From: Acidobacteriota bacterium | GTDB lineage: Bacteria; Acidobacteriota; UBA6911; RPQK01; JAJDTT01 | Reading direction: 5' to 3' | Assembly: GCA_965209055.1 (NCBI GenBank) | Contig: OZ242374.1 | Coordinates: 32,001-96,000, forward strand | Length of the DNA stretch: 64,000 nt | Shown here: positions 52,050 to 61,046 of the stretch, piece after piece | Layout: every line of letters starts with the position of its first letter | Numbering within the stretch: the stretch's first letter is position 1 | Position numbers and translations under genes: made by a program | The notes under the pieces: generated by a model | What the model saw: the letters and a program-made list of their open reading frames with translations, nothing else | Told to the model about the DNA's origin: nothing | Database searches by the model: none

Positions 52050-53306
52050 ACCACCCTCCCGCAACGGCAGCCAGCGGGGGTGATCGGCTCCCCGGCCCTG
52101 CAGGCCGCGGGTGAGGCGCCTGGCGTTGGTTCCGTTGGACTCCACGCACCAGATTTCCGGCATCCGCCCCGTCTTGGCCCGGCAGAAAACGATGGTGCGG
52201 CCGTCGGGAGATTCGCTTGCCCTCAGGTCCCAAACGGGGGGGCGGCTCCCGGTCAAGTACCGGATTTCGCCGCCGCCGGGGTCGATCCGGCAGATTTCCG
52301 TGCCGCCCCGGGCCGATTCCGGCTTGTAGTCGCGGTTGAAGTGGTCCGTGTCCGGACATTGCGGCTGGTATTCCCAGGGAACCTTGCTGCCCGGGAGCTT
52401 TCGCGAAAAGAGAATGGCGCCGTCTCGAGTCCAAGAGAGCAAATTTGACCCGCCGCCGCGGTTTCCCGGACTGCCGTAGCTGGCGCCGAACCAGTGGGAC
52501 TGTCCCCGGGTCAGGACCCGCTGCTCCGATCCGTCGGGGCGGCTGACGCAGACATCGGACCAGTCGTGGCCCGGATCTTGCCGGAAACGGCAGTCCAGGT
52601 AGGCGAGCCATGCTCCATCGAGCGACCAGGCGGGCCCGAAGTAGAGATGGTCCGGGTGGGCCGCCACGAGTGTTCGGCGGCGGCCTTGGAAATCGCTGGT
52701 CCAGACCTGGTAACCCGCCGGGCCAGCCAGGTGAAAGGCGACCCGTTTCCTCTCCCGATTGAGGCTGAAGCCGTAGGGGAGGCCTTCACCCGCGGCCGTG
52801 AACTCGCGGGAATCGCTGCCATCCAGGTTCATGCTGAAGACCTGTCCGACCTGGTTTCGGAAGACCTGGACCAACATGCGTTGGTCGTCCAGCAGCAGTT
52901 GGGGAGTGTAGAAGACCGCCATCCGGTCCCGGGTGGCGATTTCGGTGAGACGTTTGTCCTGGAGGTCATAGGTCCAGATATGGGTGGGGGTCCGGGTGTA
53001 GTACCGGGCGAAGGGGCGGCCCGGACCGTCCCGGCGCGCTTCCATGCTCAGGAGCAGGATTCTCCGGCCGTCGCGGAAGAACCCGGCCGGCTGCCACGTC
53101 ACCTGGTCCGGCTCCTGGAAATCCAGAACTTGCAGATCGCCGCCGGCAGCGTCCATGATGGCCGTCCTGCCCGCCGTCGTGAAGATGAAACGCATAGCCG
53201 AGCCGGGCGAGGCCGCCACCGCGGAGGCGCGACGGGCAGTCGAGGCCAGGGCGGACGCGGAGAGGAGGGAAACCAGGAGATCGCGGCGGGAAAGGCAGTC
53301 TTCCAT
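52047..53306 (-). CDS. Tat-exported TolB-like/PD40 beta-propeller protein
   Basis: SRRDLL Tat motif; repeated DGS...LT, SPDG, PAWS motifs; stop TAG lies at the MITE end. Confidence 0.75.
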   Translation of the reverse strand: MEDCLSRRDLLVSLLSASALASTARRASAVAASPGSAMRFIFTTAGRTAIMDAAGGDLQVLDFQEPDQVTWQPAGFFRDGRRILLLSMEARRDGPGRPFARYYTRTPTHIWTYDLQDKRLTEIATRDRMAVFYTPQLLLDDQRMLVQVFRNQVGQVFSMNLDGSDSREFTAAGEGLPYGFSLNRERKRVAFHLAGPAGYQVWTSDFQGRRRTLVAAHPDHLYFGPAWSLDGAWLAYLDCRFRQDPGHDWSDVCVSRPDGSEQRVLTRGQSHWFGASYGSPGNRGGGSNLLSWTRDGAILFSRKLPGSKVPWEYQPQCPDTDHFNRDYKPESARGGTEICRIDPGGGEIRYLTGSRPPVWDLRASESPDGRTIVFCRAKTGRMPEIWCVESNGTNARRLTRGLQGRGADHPRWLPLREGG

Positions 53307-53384
53307 GGCCCGTTTCTGCTCCGGCCACCAGTGATGGAGAGTCCGCATGGTGACGTCAACCCCCGGGTCTGTAAAGTCGTTGCG

Positions 53385-54416
53385 GTGAAGGAAGGATCGA
53401 GCCGTTCAGCCTCCTTGGCCACCCTTGCGGCGGCATCCCTTCTGCTCGCGGGCTGCGCGGCGGGTCCACGCGATGGGGAGGCTGGTCATGAACCGCCGGC
53501 GGATCTGGACTTCCACCGTCTCCAGGTCGAGCCCCTGGTCCACTCCACCTATCCCACCTATCGGCGCTACCACGACGCCCTGGCCCCCCAGGTGGTGGTC
53601 ATCACGGCACGGGGCCTGGAGCGGATCGGCTGGGAGGATCGGCCTGAGAGGGCCTCCTGGCTCCTCAGGCTGCCGGAGCAGATTTACGTCAATGGACGGA
53701 AGCTCCACTACCAGGTGGGGATGCGATGGGTGAATGCGGGAGAGCGGTGGACCTATTCCGGCGCTCCGGTCAGGGATCTCAACGGGCTCTGGAAGCTGGA
53801 TCCAAAGCACGATTTCTATTACTACCTGCTCGACGAAGCCGCGGCGACGAAAGCTGTCTTGGGCCGCCAGTCGGCCGGCATCCATGCGGACTCCACGGGC
53901 GCACACTATTCCGTGTCAGTCACCAACAACTCCGGTGAACCCTGGAGAGATGTCCATGCATGGATCTGCCTGGACCATTACCACGCGCCGGCCACCGGAT
54001 ACCGGCCCTATCTCAAGGTGGGATCGTCCTGGACCGAATACCAGAGCCTGCCCGGTGTCGGAGCTGCCACGTTTCTTCCGGTGGAGGAAAGAAACGGTGA
54101 ATTTTTCCGGGTCCGGCCCGGGTCGAAGGCGTCCTCCTCCGTGAGCTTCCCGGGGGTCGTCTGCTGGAACATCACGGACAAGGGGCACCTCCTGACCGCG
54201 CATTTTTCGCAAGATGCTCTGGCCGTGCTGGCGAATCAGAATGCCCCCTGCACCGATCTGCTACTCTGGTTCGGCGACCTGCGGCCCGGCCAGCGGGTCA
54301 CCCGCGGCGGAAGCGTCCTCATCGTTCGCGCCAGCCTGGAGGAATTCCGGCGGCGGGAGGGCAGCGTGATGCGACTCTTGGTTCGAAGCGGGAAAGAGAA
54401 CCCGCCGGGTCCGTAG
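53385..54416 (+). CDS. Hypothetical lipoprotein
   Basis: 3' part of ORF 52494..54416; lipobox LLAGC; start estimated. Confidence 0.6.
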   Translation: MKEGSSRSASLATLAAASLLLAGCAAGPRDGEAGHEPPADLDFHRLQVEPLVHSTYPTYRRYHDALAPQVVVITARGLERIGWEDRPERASWLLRLPEQIYVNGRKLHYQVGMRWVNAGERWTYSGAPVRDLNGLWKLDPKHDFYYYLLDEAAATKAVLGRQSAGIHADSTGAHYSVSVTNNSGEPWRDVHAWICLDHYHAPATGYRPYLKVGSSWTEYQSLPGVGAATFLPVEERNGEFFRVRPGSKASSSVSFPGVVCWNITDKGHLLTAHFSQDALAVLANQNAPCTDLLLWFGDLRPGQRVTRGGSVLIVRASLEEFRRREGSVMRLLVRSGKENPPGP

Positions 54417-54455
54417 TATCCTCATGCAGCCGGCTCCCGAACTGGAGACAGAAAA

Positions 54456-55451
54456 ATGATTGTTGCAGGCGACACCCGCGGGACGAGCCGCTTCCGAGAG
54501 GCCAGGGACAAGGGCTGTGCGTTTCTATTGGACCAATTGCGAAGCGACGGCGGCTTCGGAGATTCCGAAAAGGGCCTGCTCGAGTACCACAAGGTCCCTG
54601 CGGCCCTGGCGGCGTGCGGCGAAACCTTCGCGGCCAACCGCCTCTGCAGTTGGATTCGGGAGAACGGAACGCTCCCCGACGGAGACTTCGGGCCCCGGCC
54701 CGAGGCAATCCGCGGTTACGGCTACACCTACTTCAACGCGTGGGTGATCAAGGCCGCTCACCGCTTGGGGCATTTCGACCTCTCGCAGCGGGGCATGGAT
54801 TTCCTGATGAGCTTCCGGGACAGCCGGACCGGCGGGTTCCTGTCCAGTCCGGTGGAACACGATCCCCTGGAGCAACAGGACCTCTGGGTGGTCGCGGGAT
54901 GCGGCTGGTCCGCCCTCTACACCGGCAGGATCGAAGTTGCCCGGGGAGTGGGCCGGTGGATGAAGACCCTCATGGAGGTCCAGCCCAACTATCCGGCCCA
55001 GTTTTACGCGGTCTACAGCAGGGAACAGGGGTTGCACGTCGAGCATGACGCCGCCGACGCGTTCCGGTATGTCCTGAACCGGGACGCCGAGCGGGATGAA
55101 CCCTTCTACAACCCGGGAATCGCGGGCGGGTTTCTCGCCCTCCTCTATCAGGCCACCGGCGAGGAAGAGTGGCTGGAACTCGCCAGGGAGTACATGCTTC
55201 TGGCGGAGGGCGCCAGCGAATATCTCTACAGCTTGGTCCGCGCCGGAAAACCGGGATGGGCGGCATCCGTGATGTACACCCTGACTGCCGAGGAGAAGTA
55301 CCGCGAGATGGCGGTTCGCGTGGGCGACGGCCTGATCGCGTCTCAGTCGCCTGAGGGTTGGTGGGGCAACGTCGGCGAGACGGCGGCCAACAGCGACATC
55401 ACCGCCGAAATGGTCTTCTGGCTGGACCATATCTACCAGGCCGTTTCCTGA
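54456..55451 (+). CDS. Hypothetical alpha/alpha-toroid protein (prenyltransferase/six-hairpin glycosidase-like)
   Basis: Repeated Q...DGGF, TGGF, QSPEGWW motifs; LYQATGEEEWLELA. Confidence 0.6.
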   Translation: MIVAGDTRGTSRFREARDKGCAFLLDQLRSDGGFGDSEKGLLEYHKVPAALAACGETFAANRLCSWIRENGTLPDGDFGPRPEAIRGYGYTYFNAWVIKAAHRLGHFDLSQRGMDFLMSFRDSRTGGFLSSPVEHDPLEQQDLWVVAGCGWSALYTGRIEVARGVGRWMKTLMEVQPNYPAQFYAVYSREQGLHVEHDAADAFRYVLNRDAERDEPFYNPGIAGGFLALLYQATGEEEWLELAREYMLLAEGASEYLYSLVRAGKPGWAASVMYTLTAEEKYREMAVRVGDGLIASQSPEGWWGNVGETAANSDITAEMVFWLDHIYQAVS

Positions 55452-55577
55452 CGGCATTTGCGAGAGCATTCCCAACGTCCCGTCTACCGTTGCCCCTTGA
55501 CCTGCATCCCTACCTGCAGGCCTGAGGAGGCCCGCCGAGCCGCGTGGGGTCCTCGACGCCGGGTCCTGAACGCCCGT

Positions 55578-56816
55578 TCACGGCAATATCCGGGCATCCG
55601 TCAAGACGCGGCGGAAGTCGCCGTAAGTCATGTTCCTGGCAATGACGTAGCAGGCGTCCTCGGCGGTATTCACCACGCCGTACCAGTCGAAGTCGCGCCG
55701 GATCCCGTTGTAGACCGGCAGCTTCAACTCGCCTCCCTCCGAATCCAGGGCCAACTCGGGGGCGTCAGGTTCCGGCCAGCAGAGCTTTCCGTGGACCTCC
55801 CGAACCTGGAGATCGAGACCCTGGACGGGAATCCGGGCGTAGAGCAGAGGATCCTTGAGCCGGCACCAGGCCCGGGTGTACAGACCCACCAGGCGCCCCC
55901 CGGTTGCTTCCCAGAGATAAAGGCGCAGGTTGGAATCCAGGTCGACCCGCTCCCGGAATCGGGATCCCATCAGGAACGAGGCGCCGCTGACGGAAAGGTC
56001 GTACCGGTTGTCCACGGGGGTCTGAAGCCCCAGATAGGGGGCCAGCATCTCCTTGTAGGTCATGGCGCACTGCTCGAACCCCTCGCCGAAGGCGACTCCC
56101 TGCGTCGTGGCGGGATCGTATCTCAGGTTGCGTTTCCGGAATTCGTTCCGGATGTCCGACGCGGCCAGCCGGCTGAAGTAGAGCACCTCCAATACCGCTG
56201 GATTCCAGGTGGCGGCCACGGCGCCGGCTTCGTCGATGGCCTCCCGGATCTCCGCCGCCAACTCCTCCCGGATCTCCGCCGGCACTCCATCCAGGAACTC
56301 GTCTCGCCCCGGCAAGTCCGGCACCGACAGGAATCGCTCCAGAGGATGGTCCAGCTTCCGCCACTCCGCCGGCGGTTGCTTCAGCTCCCGGTCCACGAGA
56401 ACGGCTCGCCGTCCCAGAGTGCGGCTGGCGTAGTCTTGCAGCTCGAGCATGGGTGTCTTGTCGCCGATGGGGAAAAGGAGCAAGACCTCGTCCGCCTTCA
56501 TCCTGGACATGAGGTCCTTCTGGAGACGGTTGACCTCCAGCTCCTTCCGGTAGGTCGCGTCCCAGACGGGCCGGCTGTAGGGGCTGTGTTCGTCCCAGTC
56601 CCCCGGCGGAGGATCCAGTCCCGCCGTCTGCCAGCAGACCGGGTGGAACATGAAGTAGATCTTCCGCACGTCCAGCGGGCCGGGTCCGGCATCGGCTCCT
56701 GAGGAACTTTCTCCGCAGCCGATCAGGGGAAGAATCAGAAGAAGAATGGAGGCCAGGACGCTCAACGGGACGAGAGTTCGCAGCCGTGGGGAGCGAGCGC
56801 CGAATCGAAAGGTCAT
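55578..56816 (-). CDS. Hypothetical lipoprotein
   Basis: Hydrophobic signal with LIGC lipobox; part of a co-oriented minus-strand cluster. Confidence 0.6.
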   Translation of the reverse strand: MTFRFGARSPRLRTLVPLSVLASILLLILPLIGCGESSSGADAGPGPLDVRKIYFMFHPVCWQTAGLDPPPGDWDEHSPYSRPVWDATYRKELEVNRLQKDLMSRMKADEVLLLFPIGDKTPMLELQDYASRTLGRRAVLVDRELKQPPAEWRKLDHPLERFLSVPDLPGRDEFLDGVPAEIREELAAEIREAIDEAGAVAATWNPAVLEVLYFSRLAASDIRNEFRKRNLRYDPATTQGVAFGEGFEQCAMTYKEMLAPYLGLQTPVDNRYDLSVSGASFLMGSRFRERVDLDSNLRLYLWEATGGRLVGLYTRAWCRLKDPLLYARIPVQGLDLQVREVHGKLCWPEPDAPELALDSEGGELKLPVYNGIRRDFDWYGVVNTAEDACYVIARNMTYGDFRRVLTDARILP

Positions 56817-56939
56817 TTCTTGTCTTCAGAACCGGTTCTTGGGAGCGAGTCTAGCACGGCCCGGGAAAGGGAATTTCGTATCGGCCTGCCGCGCCGGGGC
56901 CGTTGGCGAATACAGTTCGTTGACGGGAGATCTCTGCGG

Positions 56940-58262
56940 TCACGGCCTGACGACGATCCGGCGCGCCTCGTAGAGCGTCTTCATGTCCCGCAGGAAATGC
57001 TCGCTGTCGTTTTCCCACATCCGGAGTGTTTCGCCCAGCGATTTCCCGGGCAAAACGAAACGATAGGAGAGCACGACGCAGGAGTCGGGTCCGGTGGCGG
57101 CGATCTGAGTGTACCCTTGCGTCAACGGTTCGGCGATCTTGCGGGGTTGAGTCCAGGTATACCCCTTGTCGGGACTGAACATGACGTAGTCTCCCGCCGC
57201 CGCCGAAGGATCTTCAATGCCGACCTGGCTCTTGTAGCGCTTGTGATAGTCGGCGAGGCCCGCGGGGTAGTACCCGCCGTTGGGATCCTCCCAGTAGATG
57301 TACCGCATGGGGCGCCAGCCGAAGCTGCAGGCCAGGATCCCATTCTCCAACAGGGTCATTCTCGGCCGCAGGCCCAGCGTCTCCAGGGAGACCGGCTCGC
57401 TCCAGGTCCGTCCTCCGTCCATGGAACGGCACTGATAAAGGGGCGCGTAGCGGCCGGTTCGCATGATCGCCAGCAGTTCCCCGCCGCCGAAATCCACGAG
57501 GGCCGGCTCGCAGAAACTCTCCTGCCCGGTCTTGCCGTCGTAGGCAATGGTCGAAAGATATTCCCAATTCTTCCCGTCATCGGTGGAGGACAACATGTAG
57601 GTGCGGTACATGGGCGCGACGCCCAGTTTGGTGTCGAATCCGCTGATGGGCACGTCGTCGCCGACGAAGTTGCCGTAGGAGAGCCCCAGCAGCGTTCCGT
57701 CCGGCAGCTCATGGGCGAGCTCGACATGGGGAGCTCGAGACACGGTCTTGTAATCATCGGCGATGACAGGCTTGAACCGGGGCACGGAGATGGCGGCTTC
57801 CTGCCAGGATTCATCGCCAACGTCCTTGAAGTCGCCGAGCCCGTTCAATTTCATGTATCCGGCGAGGAAAACCCCCGGCCGTTCTGACGGCCGGACGCCC
57901 CGCTTGAGCAGATAGAACGAACCGTCCCGGCGCTGTAGCGCCTGGTATCTGGAGATCGCGACCGGCTGTTTCCGCCAAGTGCGGCCGCCGTCGGTGGAAC
58001 GCAGGATCTTGTCCGCGCTCCCAATGAGGATGATGGAACCGTCGAGCAGCTTGAGCAGCGGCGTGTAGCGAGAGTAATAGGGGGGCGCCGCCCCATCTTC
58101 GTGCACGATGGAGGGCTCGGAGACGGTCACCGACGTGACCGCGGCCCTTGAATGGAGCAGCATCGGTTTCTCTTGTGGCGGGGCCGCCGGCACGTGCGCG
58201 CCGGCAAAGGCAATTCCCAGCAGACGACTCAGCAACAGAGTCCCGGTCACTGCAACAGGCAT
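56940..58262 (-). CDS. Sialidase/BNR-repeat family protein
   Basis: Asp-boxes STDGGRTW, STDDGKNW, SMDGGRTW, SPDKGYTW; FCEPAL. Confidence 0.8.
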   Translation of the reverse strand: MPVAVTGTLLLSRLLGIAFAGAHVPAAPPQEKPMLLHSRAAVTSVTVSEPSIVHEDGAAPPYYSRYTPLLKLLDGSIILIGSADKILRSTDGGRTWRKQPVAISRYQALQRRDGSFYLLKRGVRPSERPGVFLAGYMKLNGLGDFKDVGDESWQEAAISVPRFKPVIADDYKTVSRAPHVELAHELPDGTLLGLSYGNFVGDDVPISGFDTKLGVAPMYRTYMLSSTDDGKNWEYLSTIAYDGKTGQESFCEPALVDFGGGELLAIMRTGRYAPLYQCRSMDGGRTWSEPVSLETLGLRPRMTLLENGILACSFGWRPMRYIYWEDPNGGYYPAGLADYHKRYKSQVGIEDPSAAAGDYVMFSPDKGYTWTQPRKIAEPLTQGYTQIAATGPDSCVVLSYRFVLPGKSLGETLRMWENDSEHFLRDMKTLYEARRIVVRP

Positions 58263-58307
58263 GGTCTCTTTCCTCGCTGTCCGATTCAGATCAAACGCAC
58301 CGTGAGT

Positions 58308-61046
58308 CTATCTGAAGGTGAAACCGTAGAGGCGGGCTCGGCCGTCGAGCGTAAAGCGGAGCCGTAGCGTTCCCGTGCCCGGGTGCTCGACCCTTCGGGT
58401 CCGGGTCCACCGGACCGGGACCGCAACTCCATCCTGGTTCAGGACTCGACCGGTGGCCAGCACTTGCCGGGCATCGATCAACTCGACGGCGATTCGGCCC
58501 GCGTTACGGGAGAGTCCTTCGACATTCACCTCAAGATCCGGAGGGATAGACTTTCCGGCCAGAGGAATCGTGGTGAACCACCCCGAGTCCTTCCCTTCCG
58601 TGACCTCCAGGCTCACGAATCCGTCTTTGCGGATGGTGGCCAGACCGCTCTCCATGGGCAGGTCGATCCAGTCGTGGTACGGCCCGATGCTCACCGGACT
58701 GCCCGAGTAGTAGAGCCACAGGTCGTCTCCTACGGCCACCGGCAGATCCGCGGGGGAGGTCCAGCCGCCGTCCCAGGCGCCGGGCGGCCCCAACTCGACG
58801 GCGGGGACGCCGTCGAAGACGTGAACGAAGTTGCGCCCGTCCCGGCTCACGGCCAGTTGTTGGGGGCTCAATTGCAGGGCGTCCCAAGCGTCGAACAGAC
58901 CCAGATACACCTGGCCGGCGATCCAGACGGACATGGCATGTTGCTCCACTTCGGTTCCGGCGCGTGGATAGAAGACCGGATTCCGGGGGTCGGAAGTCCA
59001 ACGGATCAGGTCGGGGCTCCAGTACCGGCAGGTTCGGCGGGTGTATCGCGGAACCAGCAGGCCGGTCCCGAAACAGTGGCGGCCGAACACTTTCCAGCGG
59101 CGCTCCGGATCGGTCTCCAGCGAATCGTGGAACAGATTCCTCCGGTCTCCGAAGCGGCCCGGATTCGTGCCGCCGCCGGGAAGCCGGTTCGGATTGACCA
59201 GGATCCCGCCGGACCAGCGGATGCCGTCCGCCGAGTAGTGGAGCCGGTTGCCGTCCGTGTGGTCCACCATCGCCTTGTAGCGCTTCTCCGGGTCGGGATC
59301 CCGTTCGTCCTTGACCACCATGGCCCAATGGCCGTGCGGCCGGTAGCTCAGGTCGACGATGTTGTTCCGCTTTGATCCCCGGTGTTCCACCTGGTCGAGA
59401 ACCGGCTTGACCCAGTGGATGCCGTCTTCGCTCTCGGCGTAACCAACCCGGTAACCGCCCGAGTACCGGTTTCTCACGGTGTCCCGGTCGGTGCCCGAAT
59501 ACCAGATTCGAAATTTGCCGTCGTCGAGCAGAACCTCTCCGTAGGCGATGGCTCGTGCGTCGTCCCAGGTCCCGGGGGAACCTCTGCGCAGGACCGGGTT
59601 GGCCGGGTGCTTGCGCATGGGGTGAAAGGAGCGCCGCAGGTTGTCCAGAGCGCTCACTTCCAGCATGTCGAGGAAGAGGATCTTGCGGCCCGGCTCCGGA
59701 TTCAGGTCCGGGACCTTCAAGGTGTCGAAGAAGACGCCTCCGCCGCTGCCCCGGGTGGCGAGGGCCATCCCCAGGGCTTCCGCGTTCCCTCCCGTCCCTT
59801 TGCCCACGGTGTGGAAGTGACTGAGGGCGGGCGCCCGGGTCATCGCCTCGTGGGAAACCGGATCGCCGCCGGCCGTTCGTCCTCTGCAGGCCGCGCCGAA
59901 CCGGGAGCCCAGCCACCGGGAATAGAAGGTGTGGCTCCGCGTCGTATTGGTCCAGAAGACCCAACCGGCGTCGTGCGGATCCCGAACCAGAATGGGGTGA
60001 TGGAAATGCTCCGGACTCGAGTGCAGTCCCTGGACGCTCCAGGATTCTCCGTCGAAAAAGGCGTACAGGATCTGATGCTCCACCTTTTCCCAGGCCACCA
60101 GGGCGTGCCGGCCCCAGCCGATGACGCTGTGGCTGACGAATCCGGTTCCGGTCCAGGGGACATGGGGGGCGGAGGTGGTGAAGTCGCGCTGACGGTCGAA
60201 GCCGTCGGTGAAATTGGGGAATTGGAGATAGAAGAGGAAGTTGAACCCTTTTCTCGAGGAGGTCAGGTGCAATGTGCCGGAGCGGTCCAGATCGGCGACC
60301 GGGGCGCCAAAATCGCCCGGACGCGTCAGGGGCCGCCGGATCCAGCCTCCCTCTCTTGGCGAAGCCGCCCAGAGTTGCCGGGCCGGCCGGCGGGCGCGCC
60401 TCGAGTACGAATGGCCCTTGTCCCGGAACTCATAGATGTTCTCGGCGGCGGCCGGAACGGCCTGGCTGTAGAGGATCCAGGGCCGGCCCCGCGCATCGGT
60501 CACCAGGTCCCCGAATTCGGTCCCCTCGCCGTGATCGATTCTTTCGGGACCCGGGGTCTTGCCGTCGGCCCGGGTCCAATTCTTTCTCCTTCCCAGGCTC
60601 CCTGACGGGTCCGTGCCTCCGGCTGGGCACCGCGCATACCAGATCCCTTGCGGCTCGGAACTCTGGAAGACCAGGTGCAGAATGTCGTCCCGGCCGATGA
60701 CCAGGCTCGCCGCCCGCGCACCCGTGAACGGACCGGTCAGGACCGGCCGGCTCGACCCCCCTGCCAGGGCTATGGCTGCTTTGAAATCGCCGGCAAATTC
60801 AGGACGGGGGTCTTTGGAGGTCGATAGGAAAACCGTCGGGTTCCCATCGGCGGCGCCGTCGTGGGCCAGGAACCAGATTCCCTTGGAGTTGCCGGCGATC
60901 TGTCGTCCATTGGTTCTGGGGAAAGGAGGAACTCCGTTGTGGCTGCCTGTCCGCAGCGTCAGAACCGCAGCCGCGTCGGGCGTGGTCCAGAGCAGGCAAA
61001 CCGAGAGGATGAGCCCGTTGGTAAAGGCACGGGTGCGAGCCATCAA
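58308..61046 (-). CDS. Large secreted protein with C-terminal five-bladed beta-propeller glycosidase-like domain
   Basis: Signal peptide; KHPANPV, YAESEDGIHW.KP, RYK, G.PGAWD, LYYSG, RKDGFVSL motifs. Confidence 0.7.
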   Translation of the reverse strand: MMARTRAFTNGLILSVCLLWTTPDAAAVLTLRTGSHNGVPPFPRTNGRQIAGNSKGIWFLAHDGAADGNPTVFLSTSKDPRPEFAGDFKAAIALAGGSSRPVLTGPFTGARAASLVIGRDDILHLVFQSSEPQGIWYARCPAGGTDPSGSLGRRKNWTRADGKTPGPERIDHGEGTEFGDLVTDARGRPWILYSQAVPAAAENIYEFRDKGHSYSRRARRPARQLWAASPREGGWIRRPLTRPGDFGAPVADLDRSGTLHLTSSRKGFNFLFYLQFPNFTDGFDRQRDFTTSAPHVPWTGTGFVSHSVIGWGRHALVAWEKVEHQILYAFFDGESWSVQGLHSSPEHFHHPILVRDPHDAGWVFWTNTTRSHTFYSRWLGSRFGAACRGRTAGGDPVSHEAMTRAPALSHFHTVGKGTGGNAEALGMALATRGSGGGVFFDTLKVPDLNPEPGRKILFLDMLEVSALDNLRRSFHPMRKHPANPVLRRGSPGTWDDARAIAYGEVLLDDGKFRIWYSGTDRDTVRNRYSGGYRVGYAESEDGIHWVKPVLDQVEHRGSKRNNIVDLSYRPHGHWAMVVKDERDPDPEKRYKAMVDHTDGNRLHYSADGIRWSGGILVNPNRLPGGGTNPGRFGDRRNLFHDSLETDPERRWKVFGRHCFGTGLLVPRYTRRTCRYWSPDLIRWTSDPRNPVFYPRAGTEVEQHAMSVWIAGQVYLGLFDAWDALQLSPQQLAVSRDGRNFVHVFDGVPAVELGPPGAWDGGWTSPADLPVAVGDDLWLYYSGSPVSIGPYHDWIDLPMESGLATIRKDGFVSLEVTEGKDSGWFTTIPLAGKSIPPDLEVNVEGLSRNAGRIAVELIDARQVLATGRVLNQDGVAVPVRWTRTRRVEHPGTGTLRLRFTLDGRARLYGFTFR

